A stretch of 64,000 nucleotides of DNA. Source: an uncultured delta proteobacterium. Its GTDB lineage: Bacteria; Desulfobacterota; Desulfobacteria; Desulfobacterales; JAHEIW01. A model generated the notes under the pieces. It did no database searches. It saw only the letters and a program-made list of their open reading frames with translations, and was not told where the DNA came from. Shown here piece by piece: positions 8,934-18,900 of the stretch. Positions within the stretch are counted from its first letter, which is position 1. Each line of letters starts with the position of its first letter. The translations under genes were made by a program, and so were the position numbers. The stretch spans positions 463,208 to 527,207 of the forward strand of contig CAVPNL010000001.1 in the NCBI GenBank assembly GCA_963706575.1, read 5' to 3'.

Positions 8934-11732
8934 CTACTCTTTTCGTTCTTTATTCTTAATCGCTTCAAGGATCTTATCCGGAGTAATGGGGTAATCGTCA
9001 AAATAGACGCCCACGGCATTGGATACGGCGGCACTGTAAGCCTGAGCTGCCGACATTGCAATGGACATGGCCGCCTCTTTGGCGCCATATGGTCCTTTGG
9101 GATCATTGGATTCCACAATAATGGAATTGATTTTGGGCATGTCCACAGCAAGCGGAACCTTGTACTCCAGCATAGTGGGGTTCATCACCCGCCCCTTGTC
9201 ATCCCAGAAATGATATTCGGTCAGCATGCCTCCCTGGCCGCCCATGGCGACCGATCCCTGGAACTGGCCTTCCAAGACCATGGGATTTAAGGCGAATCCC
9301 ACATCCTGGGCTGCAGTAACTTCCAAAACATTCACCTGACCGGTTTCAGGATCAACTTCGACCTCGACGATGGTGGTCCCATAGGAAAAGGCTTCGCAAA
9401 GCTGCCCAAAGGGATTTTTAACCCACTCACGCTTCAAATCCGGTTTCGGCCAATACCCGCCTTCGCCAACAACTCCTCTGCCTTGGATCAAGCCCATACG
9501 AATGACTTTTTTCAGGGGGATGCTTTTGTCCTGGGTTCCCTTAACATAAATCATCCGGTCCCTGGCCACCAGATCATCCTTGTTGGCCTCAAGGGCATCG
9601 GCGGCGATGTCAAACAGTTTATCCCGAGCGTTTTGAGCGGCAATCTGTACCGCATGACCGCCCACGAAGGTCGAAACCTGGGAATAGGCACCCGGGTCCG
9701 ATGGGGTCAATTCGGTATCGGCGGTGACCAGCTGGATGTCTTCGGGCCTCATCCCCAGCTCTTCTGCCGCTATTTGGACCAGCATATTGTCATTGCCCTG
9801 CCCATTATCCACAACACCGGAAATCACCGTTGCCGCGCCGTCTTCGTTGAGCTTGATAATTGCCTGAGATCCCCCTCGTATCCCCATGGGGAAACCCGTC
9901 TGCACGGAATTACAGCCAATACCGATCCCGTGATACGGCGGCAGCTTGCTGTATTTTTTGTCCCAGCCGGCTTTATCCGCTGCCTTTGCAATGGTTTCCT
10001 TCATGGCGCAGCTGCCGACATACGAACCGGTGCATGTGGTATCACCGACTTCCCGGGCGTTGCGCATCCGCATGGTCACCGGATCGATGTTCAAATGTTC
10101 GGCAATCATATCCAATTGGGTGTCTACACCGCAGGCAAATGACCGGCCGTGGACACGGATCATGCCGCGGATGGGCTTGTTGGTGTATATGCGGTAACCG
10201 TTGTAGCGGACATTCTCCATCCGATAGGCCTGTTCCATAGACAAAAAGGGCACACTGGTGGCAATGGGGCCGGTGCTGCTGTAAGCTCCCCCGTCCATGT
10301 AACAGGTGATGTCCCGGGCCAAAACCCGGCCTTCTTTATCCACACCGGTTTTGATCGTGGTGATCATGGCGTGGCCCTGACGGGTGGAAACCGTGTTTTC
10401 TTCACGAGTGTAAACAATCTTAACCGGCCGTTTGGTCTTTTGAGCCAGAAGCGCACAGATATAGTCGACGGGAGATATTTCCGATCGGCCGCCGAAGGCA
10501 CCGCCGATGGCTATTTTGCGGACCCTGACCTTGTGCAGTGGGATTCCCAGAGCATTGGACAGGGGCTTTGACTTCATGTGCGGTCCGGCATTGGGGCACC
10601 AGATGTCCAGGTTGCCGTCGGCGTCGAATTTGGCCACAACCGCATGGGGCTCAGCCTGAAAATAGGATTCCTCGGCGGCCACAAAGGTATCTTCCCTAAC
10701 GTAAAAAGACTCGGAAAAGCCTTTGTCGACATCCCCCACATCAATTGGTACGTGAATGTTGATGTTTTGGGGAAAATCTTCATGAATTAACGGCGCATCC
10801 GGGGCGATGGCGGACATAGGATCGAAAACCGCCGGCAGTTCCTCGTAGGTCACCCGGATCAGGTCGATGGCTTCAAGGGCTGTATTCTCGTCAACGGCTG
10901 CCACGGCAGCGACTTCTTCACCGAAATAGCGCACCTTTTCAATAGGCAAAAACTGCTGATCCAGCGTGTAGCGGAACACGCCCCATTTGCTGCCACTGGT
11001 GTCTTTGCCCGTTACTACCGCTTTGACACCAGGCAGTTTTTCCGCAGCCGAAGTATCGATATCAACTATGCGTGCATGGGCATGGGGGCTTCGAAGTATT
11101 TTCCCCACCAGCATTCGGGGGAAGGCCAAATCCGCCGTGAATTTAGCTTCACCAGTCACTTTGGCCCGCGTATCGACTCTTGGCATGCTCTTTCCGACGA
11201 TATCGTATTGGCTGGCAGTTCCGGTTTTGTGAAGCGCTGAAACCGGAGGTGTTGGCTCAGAAGGTTCTTCTCCTGTGGCCGCCTCTTTCACAGCTTCAAC
11301 GATCTTCTGATACCCTGTACAGCGGCAGATATTGCCGCTGAGTGCTTTGCGGATACTGTCTTCATCAGGGATGCTATCAGCAAGGGCAAACCCTTTTGCA
11401 GCCATGACCATACCTGAGGCGCAGAATCCGCACTGAATCGCTCCATGTCGGATAAATGCCTCCTGGACCGGATCCAGGCTTTCTCCCTTGGCCAAACCCT
11501 CCACTGTGAGGATGCGCTTTCTCGAAGCTTCAAGAGCTAAGGTTAGACAGGCACGGACAGGCACATCATCCATAAGCACCGTGCACGACCCGCAGACACC
11601 CTCTCCGCAGCCTTCTTTGGCCCCTGTCAGGTCCAATTGCTCCCGGAGGACCTCCAGCAATGTCCAGTGAGGCTCAACATCCAGTTCGTGGATTTCATCA
11701 TTTACATTCAGGGTCAGGGGAACGCTCTTCAT
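8934..11732 (-). CDS. Xanthine oxidase family Mo enzyme: 2x[2Fe-2S] domain fused to molybdopterin-binding subunit (HcrC+HcrA-like)
   Basis: GCGEGVCGSC and QCGFC...CRCTGY, then GGAFGGR, GMIRVHG, GQG, GAKEAAMS; second ATG (11732) has an AAGGA RBS. Confidence 0.9.
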   Translation of the reverse strand: MKSVPLTLNVNDEIHELDVEPHWTLLEVLREQLDLTGAKEGCGEGVCGSCTVLMDDVPVRACLTLALEASRKRILTVEGLAKGESLDPVQEAFIRHGAIQCGFCASGMVMAAKGFALADSIPDEDSIRKALSGNICRCTGYQKIVEAVKEAATGEEPSEPTPPVSALHKTGTASQYDIVGKSMPRVDTRAKVTGEAKFTADLAFPRMLVGKILRSPHAHARIVDIDTSAAEKLPGVKAVVTGKDTSGSKWGVFRYTLDQQFLPIEKVRYFGEEVAAVAAVDENTALEAIDLIRVTYEELPAVFDPMSAIAPDAPLIHEDFPQNINIHVPIDVGDVDKGFSESFYVREDTFVAAEESYFQAEPHAVVAKFDADGNLDIWCPNAGPHMKSKPLSNALGIPLHKVRVRKIAIGGAFGGRSEISPVDYICALLAQKTKRPVKIVYTREENTVSTRQGHAMITTIKTGVDKEGRVLARDITCYMDGGAYSSTGPIATSVPFLSMEQAYRMENVRYNGYRIYTNKPIRGMIRVHGRSFACGVDTQLDMIAEHLNIDPVTMRMRNAREVGDTTCTGSYVGSCAMKETIAKAADKAGWDKKYSKLPPYHGIGIGCNSVQTGFPMGIRGGSQAIIKLNEDGAATVISGVVDNGQGNDNMLVQIAAEELGMRPEDIQLVTADTELTPSDPGAYSQVSTFVGGHAVQIAAQNARDKLFDIAADALEANKDDLVARDRMIYVKGTQDKSIPLKKVIRMGLIQGRGVVGEGGYWPKPDLKREWVKNPFGQLCEAFSYGTTIVEVEVDPETGQVNVLEVTAAQDVGFALNPMVLEGQFQGSVAMGGQGGMLTEYHFWDDKGRVMNPTMLEYKVPLAVDMPKINSIIVESNDPKGPYGAKEAAMSIAMSAAQAYSAAVSNAVGVYFDDYPITPDKILEAIKNKERKE

Positions 11733-11757
11733 TGGAAATCCTTCCATATTTCTTTTC

Positions 11758-12051
11758 TAGAAGTGGTTTCAAAACCTCAGATCAGGTTCAAGGGCTAACA
11801 GTGCCTAAAGTGAGCTAAAATGAGCTAAAGTGACTAAAGTTTTGGTGTCGCTTTGCTCCGTCGTTTATATAGATGATAGAATTCCTTAAACTTTAGTCAC
11901 TTTAGTGCACTTCCAACTTTAGCTCACTTATTTATTGTGAGCATTTATCGGAGGACTGTGCTGCACCTTAATTTAAAAAATCAGATGCGAATCCCGCTTA
12001 GCGGGGCAACGCAGCCATTGGGTCTTAGATGGGGTTTTGAAAACACTTCTA
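11758..12051. mobile_element. MITE-like non-autonomous element, copy 1 (contains a nested CTAAA repeat element)
   Basis: Termini TAGAAGTGGTTTCAAAAC ... GTTTTGAAAACACTTCTA (inverted, 1 mismatch); last ~115 bp nearly identical to 24079-24193. Confidence 0.75.
11801..11930. repeat. Inverted tandem repeat (GAGCTAAAAT / TTTAGCTC family)
   Basis: gtgcctaaagtgagctaaaatgagctaaagtgactaaagt ... actttagtcactttag...actttagctcactt; related element at 28271-28427. Confidence 0.75.
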
Positions 12052-13050
12052 TGCATCTATGTTTCTTAATGCTTCTTTAAGCGCCCGTCGAACAAGGACC
12101 GATACCATTTGACTGCGGTAATCCACATTGGCGCCGACATTATCGACCGCAAAAGTCGAAGCTATGTCCATGCACTGACTGGCGACTTCGGCTATGACTT
12201 CTGCATCCGTTATGCTGATTCCTTCAAGAAGTCGGGCGACCTGATTGAGCAATAAGGGGGCTCTGCTCATGGAGCCGACCGCAATTCTGGCTGTCTTGAC
12301 AATTGCATCGTTTGTCTGGATAAAAACACCCACCGAAGCGATCGGGTAGTCAATGGCGGATCGATAGGCCAATCTTTTATAGGCGCTATAGGCACCCGGG
12401 TCTGATAGCGGGACATGAATGTAAGTCAGAATTTCTCCGGGTTCCAGGGTAAGCGGGTGTTCTCCCACAGTCGAGTAGAGGTCCACAAGGGGAATCCGTT
12501 TTTCACCCTGTACACCGGCAATGGTTATCTCTGCATCCAGTGCCAGCAGGGCCGTTGCGCCGTCCGATTGAAATGTGGCATGGCAGCGGTCTGAGTCCGC
12601 CCGGGCATAGCAGGTTTGCCCCCCGGCCTTGTGGCAGGGCGCTTTTCCTAAGCGCCATGCTGCAGACTGGTTGTAAAACAGGCATCTGGCGTCTTGGCAG
12701 AGGTTGCCGCCAATGGTCCCGCTGTGGTGCTGGATGGACGGGGCACCGATGGCTTCCATGGCCTGGGATAAAGCAGATAAATGTTTTTTAACGTCACTTG
12801 ATGCCGCCACGGCGGCAAGAGATGTCCGTGCACCGATGGTAAGCTCGCCATTTTGCCGGGTGATGCCGTCCAACTCATCCAAGCTCTTGAGACTCAAAAG
12901 ATAGGCCGGCTGGCAGAGCCGCTTTTTCATCCGTACCAGCAGATCGGTGCCGCCGCCGAGGATGTGGCACGCCTCGCCGTGGGTGTTTAAAAGATCCAGT
13001 GCTTTCTCAAGCGTTTCCGGTTCCAGGTACTTAAAACGGGGTAAACGCAA
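12049..13050 (-). CDS. FAD-binding subunit of Mo enzyme with [4Fe-4S] insertion (HcrB-like)
   Basis: MRLPRFKYLEP, GGGTDL, GTIGGNL, C-x15-C-x7-C-x8-C insertion, RSAIDYP; TTG start after GGAGGA. Confidence 0.9.
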   Translation of the reverse strand: MRLPRFKYLEPETLEKALDLLNTHGEACHILGGGTDLLVRMKKRLCQPAYLLSLKSLDELDGITRQNGELTIGARTSLAAVAASSDVKKHLSALSQAMEAIGAPSIQHHSGTIGGNLCQDARCLFYNQSAAWRLGKAPCHKAGGQTCYARADSDRCHATFQSDGATALLALDAEITIAGVQGEKRIPLVDLYSTVGEHPLTLEPGEILTYIHVPLSDPGAYSAYKRLAYRSAIDYPIASVGVFIQTNDAIVKTARIAVGSMSRAPLLLNQVARLLEGISITDAEVIAEVASQCMDIASTFAVDNVGANVDYRSQMVSVLVRRALKEALRNIDA

Positions 13051-13119
13051 TATGTCCTCCTGATATGATGATTATTATCTGTTTAGTCAGTTGATTATTC
13101 GAATATTTTGGAATCAGCT

Positions 13120-14268
13120 TTATAGCTTGCCCAGTACTTCCCTAGAGATAACGATCTTCTCAACCTCCTTGGTTCCTTCATAAATCTCTAAAACCTTGGC
13201 AGCGCGGTAAAATCGTTCGATATCGTAATCGTTAAAGTAGCCGTAACCGCCGTGCAGCTGCAATGCTTCATCCACGACTTCAACCGCTATATGGCAGGCA
13301 TACATTTTGGCCATGGCAGTCAATTTCGTATCCGGTTTGCCCTGATCGAGCAACCAGGCGGATTTGTAAGTCATGTTGCGGGCGGTTTCAACCTTAGTTG
13401 CCATTTCGGCAATTTTAAACTGGGTGCCCTGAAATGCGGCCAGGGGTCGACCGAATTGCTGTCTGCCCTTTACATGTTTAACTGCCATATCCAGAGCGCC
13501 CTGGGCAAGTCCGACGCCGTGAGCTGCAACATATGCCCGGGAGTGATCGAAAAATTTCATCAGCTGGATAAACCCGTTTCCTTCCACACCGATCAAATTT
13601 TCCCGGGGGACGCGGCAATTGTTAAAATAAATGGCTGCTGTATCTGACGCCCGTAGGCCCATCTTGCCATGCATCGGATCGGCCTTATACCCTTCGCGAT
13701 CGGTCTCCACCAGAATGATGCTGTGGCGGCCGGTTTTGGATTTCGCATCCGGGTCGGTAAGGCAGTAAACCAGCATATGGGTTCCAACGGTACCGTTTCC
13801 GATCATCACTTTGCTGCCGTTGATGATATAGTCATCACCGTCTTTAACGGCAGAGGTCGTAGCCGCGGCTGTATCACTGCCGGCATCCGGCTCGGTAATA
13901 GCAAACCCTAAAATGCCATCACCGGTAAAAAGTTGGGGAAGGTACTTCTTTTTTTGCTCTTCTGTGCCGAAAAGAATCAGTTCTTCAGCTCCGAATGACA
14001 CCGAGCAAAGCTCCTGCGCGATGCCCGGGTCCACTTTCCAGAACTCTTCCAGCACCAGGGCCTGCTCGAAAAAACCGAGTCCGGGTCCGCCGTATTCTTC
14101 AGGGATGAAAAGTCCGATCAGATCCAGTTCGCGCGCTTTTTTCAGGATTTCTGCCGGAAACGTTTCATTGATGTCATATTCAAGCGCAACAGCCGGAAAT
14201 TCACCCACTGCAAATTCGCGGGCTGCTCTTTGAATGTACTGCTGTTCTTTGGTCAGATCATAGTCCAT
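13120..14268 (-). CDS. Acyl-CoA dehydrogenase
   Basis: FAITEPDAGSD, INGSK, KMGLRASDT, RQQFGRP, LQLHGGYGY, IYEGT (catalytic Glu). Confidence 0.95.
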   Translation of the reverse strand: MDYDLTKEQQYIQRAAREFAVGEFPAVALEYDINETFPAEILKKARELDLIGLFIPEEYGGPGLGFFEQALVLEEFWKVDPGIAQELCSVSFGAEELILFGTEEQKKKYLPQLFTGDGILGFAITEPDAGSDTAAATTSAVKDGDDYIINGSKVMIGNGTVGTHMLVYCLTDPDAKSKTGRHSIILVETDREGYKADPMHGKMGLRASDTAAIYFNNCRVPRENLIGVEGNGFIQLMKFFDHSRAYVAAHGVGLAQGALDMAVKHVKGRQQFGRPLAAFQGTQFKIAEMATKVETARNMTYKSAWLLDQGKPDTKLTAMAKMYACHIAVEVVDEALQLHGGYGYFNDYDIERFYRAAKVLEIYEGTKEVEKIVISREVLGKL

Positions 14269-14342
14269 GGGTCGTTCCTCTCTATGTATGTTGAAATCCT
14301 TAGCATTCTAGTTTTTCAGAAACTTATTAGAATCCCCAAACC

Positions 14343-14440
14343 GGAATGATGGAATGGTGGAAAAATGGAATAATGGGTTTCGGAAGGCAGACATCCCCTT
14401 TTAAAATCAACATTCCAGCATTCCATTATTCCAATGTTCC
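14343..14440. repeat. Inverted octamer tandem repeat (TGGAATGA / CATTCCA)
   Basis: ggaatgatggaatggtggaaaaatggaataatgg ... cattccagcattccattattccaatgttcca. Confidence 0.75.
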
Positions 14441-14497
14441 AGATCGTATTTGCTCTTTCCTTAATATTTTAAATACATTTTCTATACTTAACCGGGA

Positions 14498-16060
14498 TCA
14501 CAACGGGATGTTACCGTGTCGTTTTTTGATCTCAGGTCGCTGTTTATTGCGCAGCATCCTCAGGGCTTTGATTAACTCGGGTCGCGTTTCTTTAGGCTTG
14601 ATGACGCTATCGACCAGCATATTGGAAGCTGCGTGGTAGGGATTCGAATATTTATAATCATATTCCTCGATTTTCTGCTGACGGAGTTCATCGGGATTTT
14701 CCGCAGCCTGAATTTCTTTGCGGAATATCAAATTCACGGCGGCTGTTGTATCCAGCACAACCAGTTGAGCAATCGGCCAGGCTAGCATCAGATCAACTCC
14801 CATGCCGACACAGCACATCCCCATCACGGCGCCGCCGTATTCCTTGCGCAGGGCCAGCGTGATCTTGGGCACGGTGGCTTCTGAATAGGCATAGAGCATT
14901 TTAGCGCCATGACGGATAATTCCGGCATGCTCTTGGGCCACCCCGGGAAAATAGCCGGGCACATCCACAAAATTAATCAGGGGGATATTGAACGCGTCGC
15001 AAAATCGAATGAAACGGGCGGCTTTGTCGGACGCATCGACATCCAGACACCCGGCCTTTATTCGCGGCTGATTGGCAACGATTCCGACGACATGGCCGTC
15101 CATACGGGCAAAGCCGACGATAATATTCAGGGCGTAACGGCGCAGGACTTCAAAAAAGGTTGCCTGATCGACCACTCGCTCGATGACCTGATGCATGTCA
15201 TAGGATTTTTTAAAGTCTGCGGGGACGATTTCCTTAAGCTTTTTGTCGATTCGTTCAGGATCATCACCGGTATTCACGATCGGTGGATTTTCACTATTAT
15301 TCGATGGCAGATAACTGAGCAGTTTTTTTATGAGTTCCAAACACTCTTCATCACTGTCGGCAACGAAATGCGCGGTTCCGGTGATCTCGCTGTGGACTTT
15401 GGCACCGCCGAGCTCTTCCAGACTGATATCTTCACCGGTCACTGATTTGATGATCCCGGGCCCGGTAATCACCATGTGGCTTTTGCCTTTTACCATAACG
15501 ATAAAATCGGTCAAGGCCGGCGAATAAACGGCCACCCCCGCACTGGATCCCATCATGCCGGTAATTTGAGGAATTAGGCCTGAAGCCGCCGTATTGCGAT
15601 AAAACATGCCGGCAACGCCTTTGGATGCGAAAAAGCCTTCATGCAATCGGCCGCCTCCGGAGTCATTTAAAGCCACCAGGGGCGCTTTAACTTTTATGGC
15701 CTCATCCATAATACGGCAGATTTTTTGCCCGTGGATGGTGCCGACGGACCCGCCGAGAACGGTAACGTCCTGGGCATAAGCAAATACCAGACGGCCTTCT
15801 ATGTTGCCATAACCGGTAACCACACCGTCGCCAGGTACCTTCTTTTGCTGCATACCAAAAGCAACGGACTGACTTTCGGCCAATTTGTTGACCTCCACAA
15901 AACTGCCCGGATCGAAAAGCAGGTTAAGGCGTTCTCTGGCCGTCAATTTGCCTCTTTCGTGCTGGCGGTCGACCATCTTTTGACCGCCGCCGATTTCGGC
16001 CTGTTGCTCAAGAGCCGCCAGCCTTTCCAATTCACTCTGATGTGTTTTGGATTTCGTCAT
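14498..16060 (-). CDS. Acyl-CoA carboxyltransferase (PccB / MmdA-type subunit)
   Basis: GKLTARER, PGDGVVTG, DSGGGR, RFCDAFNIP, VDVPG, GIIRHGAK, KRHGNIPL. Confidence 0.92.
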   Translation of the reverse strand: MTKSKTHQSELERLAALEQQAEIGGGQKMVDRQHERGKLTARERLNLLFDPGSFVEVNKLAESQSVAFGMQQKKVPGDGVVTGYGNIEGRLVFAYAQDVTVLGGSVGTIHGQKICRIMDEAIKVKAPLVALNDSGGGRLHEGFFASKGVAGMFYRNTAASGLIPQITGMMGSSAGVAVYSPALTDFIVMVKGKSHMVITGPGIIKSVTGEDISLEELGGAKVHSEITGTAHFVADSDEECLELIKKLLSYLPSNNSENPPIVNTGDDPERIDKKLKEIVPADFKKSYDMHQVIERVVDQATFFEVLRRYALNIIVGFARMDGHVVGIVANQPRIKAGCLDVDASDKAARFIRFCDAFNIPLINFVDVPGYFPGVAQEHAGIIRHGAKMLYAYSEATVPKITLALRKEYGGAVMGMCCVGMGVDLMLAWPIAQLVVLDTTAAVNLIFRKEIQAAENPDELRQQKIEEYDYKYSNPYHAASNMLVDSVIKPKETRPELIKALRMLRNKQRPEIKKRHGNIPL

Positions 16061-16168
16061 GGTTGTTTATCCTTTGTTGATTTCTAATGATTATAGAGGT
16101 TTCAAAGATTGAGAAGGATTAAATCAAACTATTTGTGTTTTTTGCGGCTTACCGGCATTACCTGCAAC

Positions 16169-16198
16169 TGTATACTGTATACCATATGAAACTGTCAA
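16169..16198 (-). promoter_or_regulatory. Operator TGTATACTGTATACC (16169-16183) with TTGACA -35 on the minus strand (16193-16198)
   Basis: Motif shared with 2004, 25720 and 48326; upstream of the carboxyltransferase-led minus-strand operon. Confidence 0.75.
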
Positions 16199-16354
16199 TT
16201 ATTAAAAATGTTCATTTTCATTCTAGACCTGTACTGTTTGCTTGGAATTTGATACATGAAATTTTCGCCATATTTCACAAATTAGGATCCGATTTCTTTT
16301 GTTCATATGCAACCTTCAGCAGACACTATATAATTTTTAAAGGAGAAATTGAGC

Positions 16355-17600
16355 ATGTCCGGCAAAAAGAAGAAATTTTCAAGAAGAGATTTTATTAAAT
16401 CCGCTGGTGCAGCTAGTTTAGGATCGGTTCTGGTTCCTTTAAGCACTTTGAATCAAGCGCATGGCAGTACTTCAACGAAGACGCCTGAACATATGATTGT
16501 GCCGAAGCGACCGTTTGGGAAAACAGGCGTTGATGTCTCAATCCTTTCACTGGGCGGCGTATTAAGGAGTTCTGACCTGTTAATATTCAGGCAGGCATTT
16601 AAAATGGGCGTAACCTACTGGGATACGGCGGATTCATATGGATGGGGTAAAAATGAAAAGGCAATCGGCAAATACTTTGCCAAGTTCCCAAACGATCGCG
16701 AAAAAGTGTTCTTGGTAACTAAAGGCGGCACTTCAGACCCCAAAAAACTAACTGAGAAATTAAATACCTCACTTCAAAGAATGAATACATCGTATGTCGA
16801 TTTGTATTTTATTCATTATGTAAACGATGTAAAAAGTGAATTGACAGATGAAGTCAAGGCCTGGGCTGAAAAAGCCAAATCCGAAGGAAAGATTCGGTTT
16901 TTTGGATTTAGCACCCATAAAAATATGGAAAACACGATGCTTGCGGGAGCCAAACTGGGGTGGATCGATGGCATCATGATGAGCTATAATTACAGGCTAA
17001 TGGTAAAAGATAAAATGAAAAGAGCGGTTGATGCCTGTGTTAAGGCGGGGATAGGATTGACAGCCATGAAAACACAGGCTGCTTTCTCGGCAAATTTTTA
17101 TGCTTCGATCGGCTCTGAAACCGACGATGCCCTGAAAATGACTGAAAATTTTCTTAAAAAAGGATATACCGCTGAACAGGCGAAACTTAAAGTCGTGTGG
17201 GAAAATCCAAATATTGCCAGTATCTGCTCGGCGATGTCCGAATATGACCATCCTGCAGGCAAATGTAGCCGCGGCTTTGAACAAGCAACGTCTGTCCGGA
17301 GGTGACAAACAACGTCTGGAACAATATGCACAACAAACTGCTCCCGGCTACTGTGCCGGCTGCGCAAATATTTGCGAATCAGCGGTCGATCTTGGTATCC
17401 CTATCAGCGATATATTGCGCTATTCCATGTACCATCACAGCTATGGAGATCGAGATACGGCTTTAGCGTTATTCAAGGCGCTACCAGCAAATATTAAGGT
17501 AAACATTTTTAAGGCCGACTATTCTAAAGCTGAAAAATATTGCCCCCAAAAAATTCAAATCGGTAGAGTTTTGAAAAAAACATATAAAGATTTAACTTAA
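16355..17600 (+). pseudogene. Tat-signal aldo/keto reductase with C-terminal Cys motif, interrupted by a +1 frameshift near 17237
   Basis: SRRDFIK Tat motif, KRPFGKTG, YWDTADSYG, GFSTH. The C-terminus (PNMTILQAN...YCAGCANIC...CPQKI) continues in the next frame at gcg atg t ccg aat atg. Could be an assembly error. Confidence 0.8.
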
Positions 17601-17676
17601 ACAGTACATTTTGCCACCCCGAGAAGTGGGGTTATCAGTTTCATATCTAAAATACATTTATTTTTAGGAGGCTAAA

Positions 17677-18510
17677 ATGAAAGAACAAGTAATGCATTTA
17701 CTGCCACAATTCCTTGAAACTATTGGGGTTGATGAGGAACCAATGGGTATTTTTTATACTGCTGAAAAACCAGCTGAAGGTTTTTCCCCGAAACCAATGG
17801 ATTTGCCCACTCGCGAAAAGGAAATGAAAAATGAAATTGACTGGCAAAAAGTGTTCAGTCAGTTTTCCTGTGTGATGGGAAATATTTGGCGGGCCCGAAA
17901 GAAGAAGACAGCAGCTTATTTCTCTGCCGAACAATTTGGGTGTCCTGGTGGTGCTTTCTGGCTTGGCTTTAACAAACCCCAGGCTGAAACGATGATTCAG
18001 TATGTATCCACCGGCATTCCCAATTGGACGGACGGTGAGTTTTACTGTGATTCTCCGGACAATCTAAGACAAATCTTTGAATATGTTGATCCACGACCGG
18101 CGCCCAAAACTTTTTGCGTTGTAAAGCCGCTAAGCCTATTCTGCGGTGATGAAGAGCCGGAACTTGTTGCTTTTTTTACCAGACCGGAATCACTGTGTGG
18201 GCTTCATCAACTGGCAACTTATGTGACCAATGACCCTGAAGTGGTCGCATCACCCTGGGGTCCCGGGTGCGGGAGCGTTGTCACATGGCCGCTGCACTAC
18301 TCATCAAAAGGAAAGAACAAAGCTGTGGTCGGGGGATGGGATCCTTCCGCGCGAATGTTTTTTAAAACTGATGAGCTGTCATTTACCGTGCCTTTTGCGA
18401 TGTTTATGGATATGGTCACGCGTTTTAACGAATCATTTCTAAAAACCAATAGCTGGGAAACGGTTCAGAAGAAGATCGAACGAAGTAAAAAAACATGGGG
18501 AGAGGTTTAG
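17677..18510 (+). CDS. DUF169 family protein
   Basis: CVMG, FGCPGG, PWGPGC, GGWDPSAR, DELSFTVP; AGGAGG RBS. Confidence 0.8.
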   Translation: MKEQVMHLLPQFLETIGVDEEPMGIFYTAEKPAEGFSPKPMDLPTREKEMKNEIDWQKVFSQFSCVMGNIWRARKKKTAAYFSAEQFGCPGGAFWLGFNKPQAETMIQYVSTGIPNWTDGEFYCDSPDNLRQIFEYVDPRPAPKTFCVVKPLSLFCGDEEPELVAFFTRPESLCGLHQLATYVTNDPEVVASPWGPGCGSVVTWPLHYSSKGKNKAVVGGWDPSARMFFKTDELSFTVPFAMFMDMVTRFNESFLKTNSWETVQKKIERSKKTWGEV

Positions 18511-18668
18511 TCTATAATGGTATCTTCGTTGGTGATATCCGTTACACACACCTCAAACCAGTGATTCAAATGAACGAAGTGCAGATCTAACGGTGTTTCG
18601 GACTCCCTAAAAGTGTTGGCAAAAAGATAATAACTTTGCAATTAGCCGGATAGCTTTTAACAAACCAG

Positions 18669-18700
18669 GGCAGGGCTATCATAACCCTGCCTTTTATTTT
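18669..18700 (+). terminator. Probable intrinsic terminator
   Basis: ggcaggg-ctatcataa-ccctgcc followed by ttttatttt. Confidence 0.55.
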
Positions 18701-18900
18701 CAGAAACAAATATATTGATATGAAGTGCACAATATTTTATTGTTAGCTGTTGCAAGATCACATCTCACATTTTTTTGATCCTTCTTTTCTGATTCTGCTT
18801 ATTGTTCATTTGGATCCTCTTTGCTGTAATAGCTCTATATGGTGAAGTCGTCTTAATTCAATTATTCCTAAACAACTAAAAATATTAGGGATAATTACCA

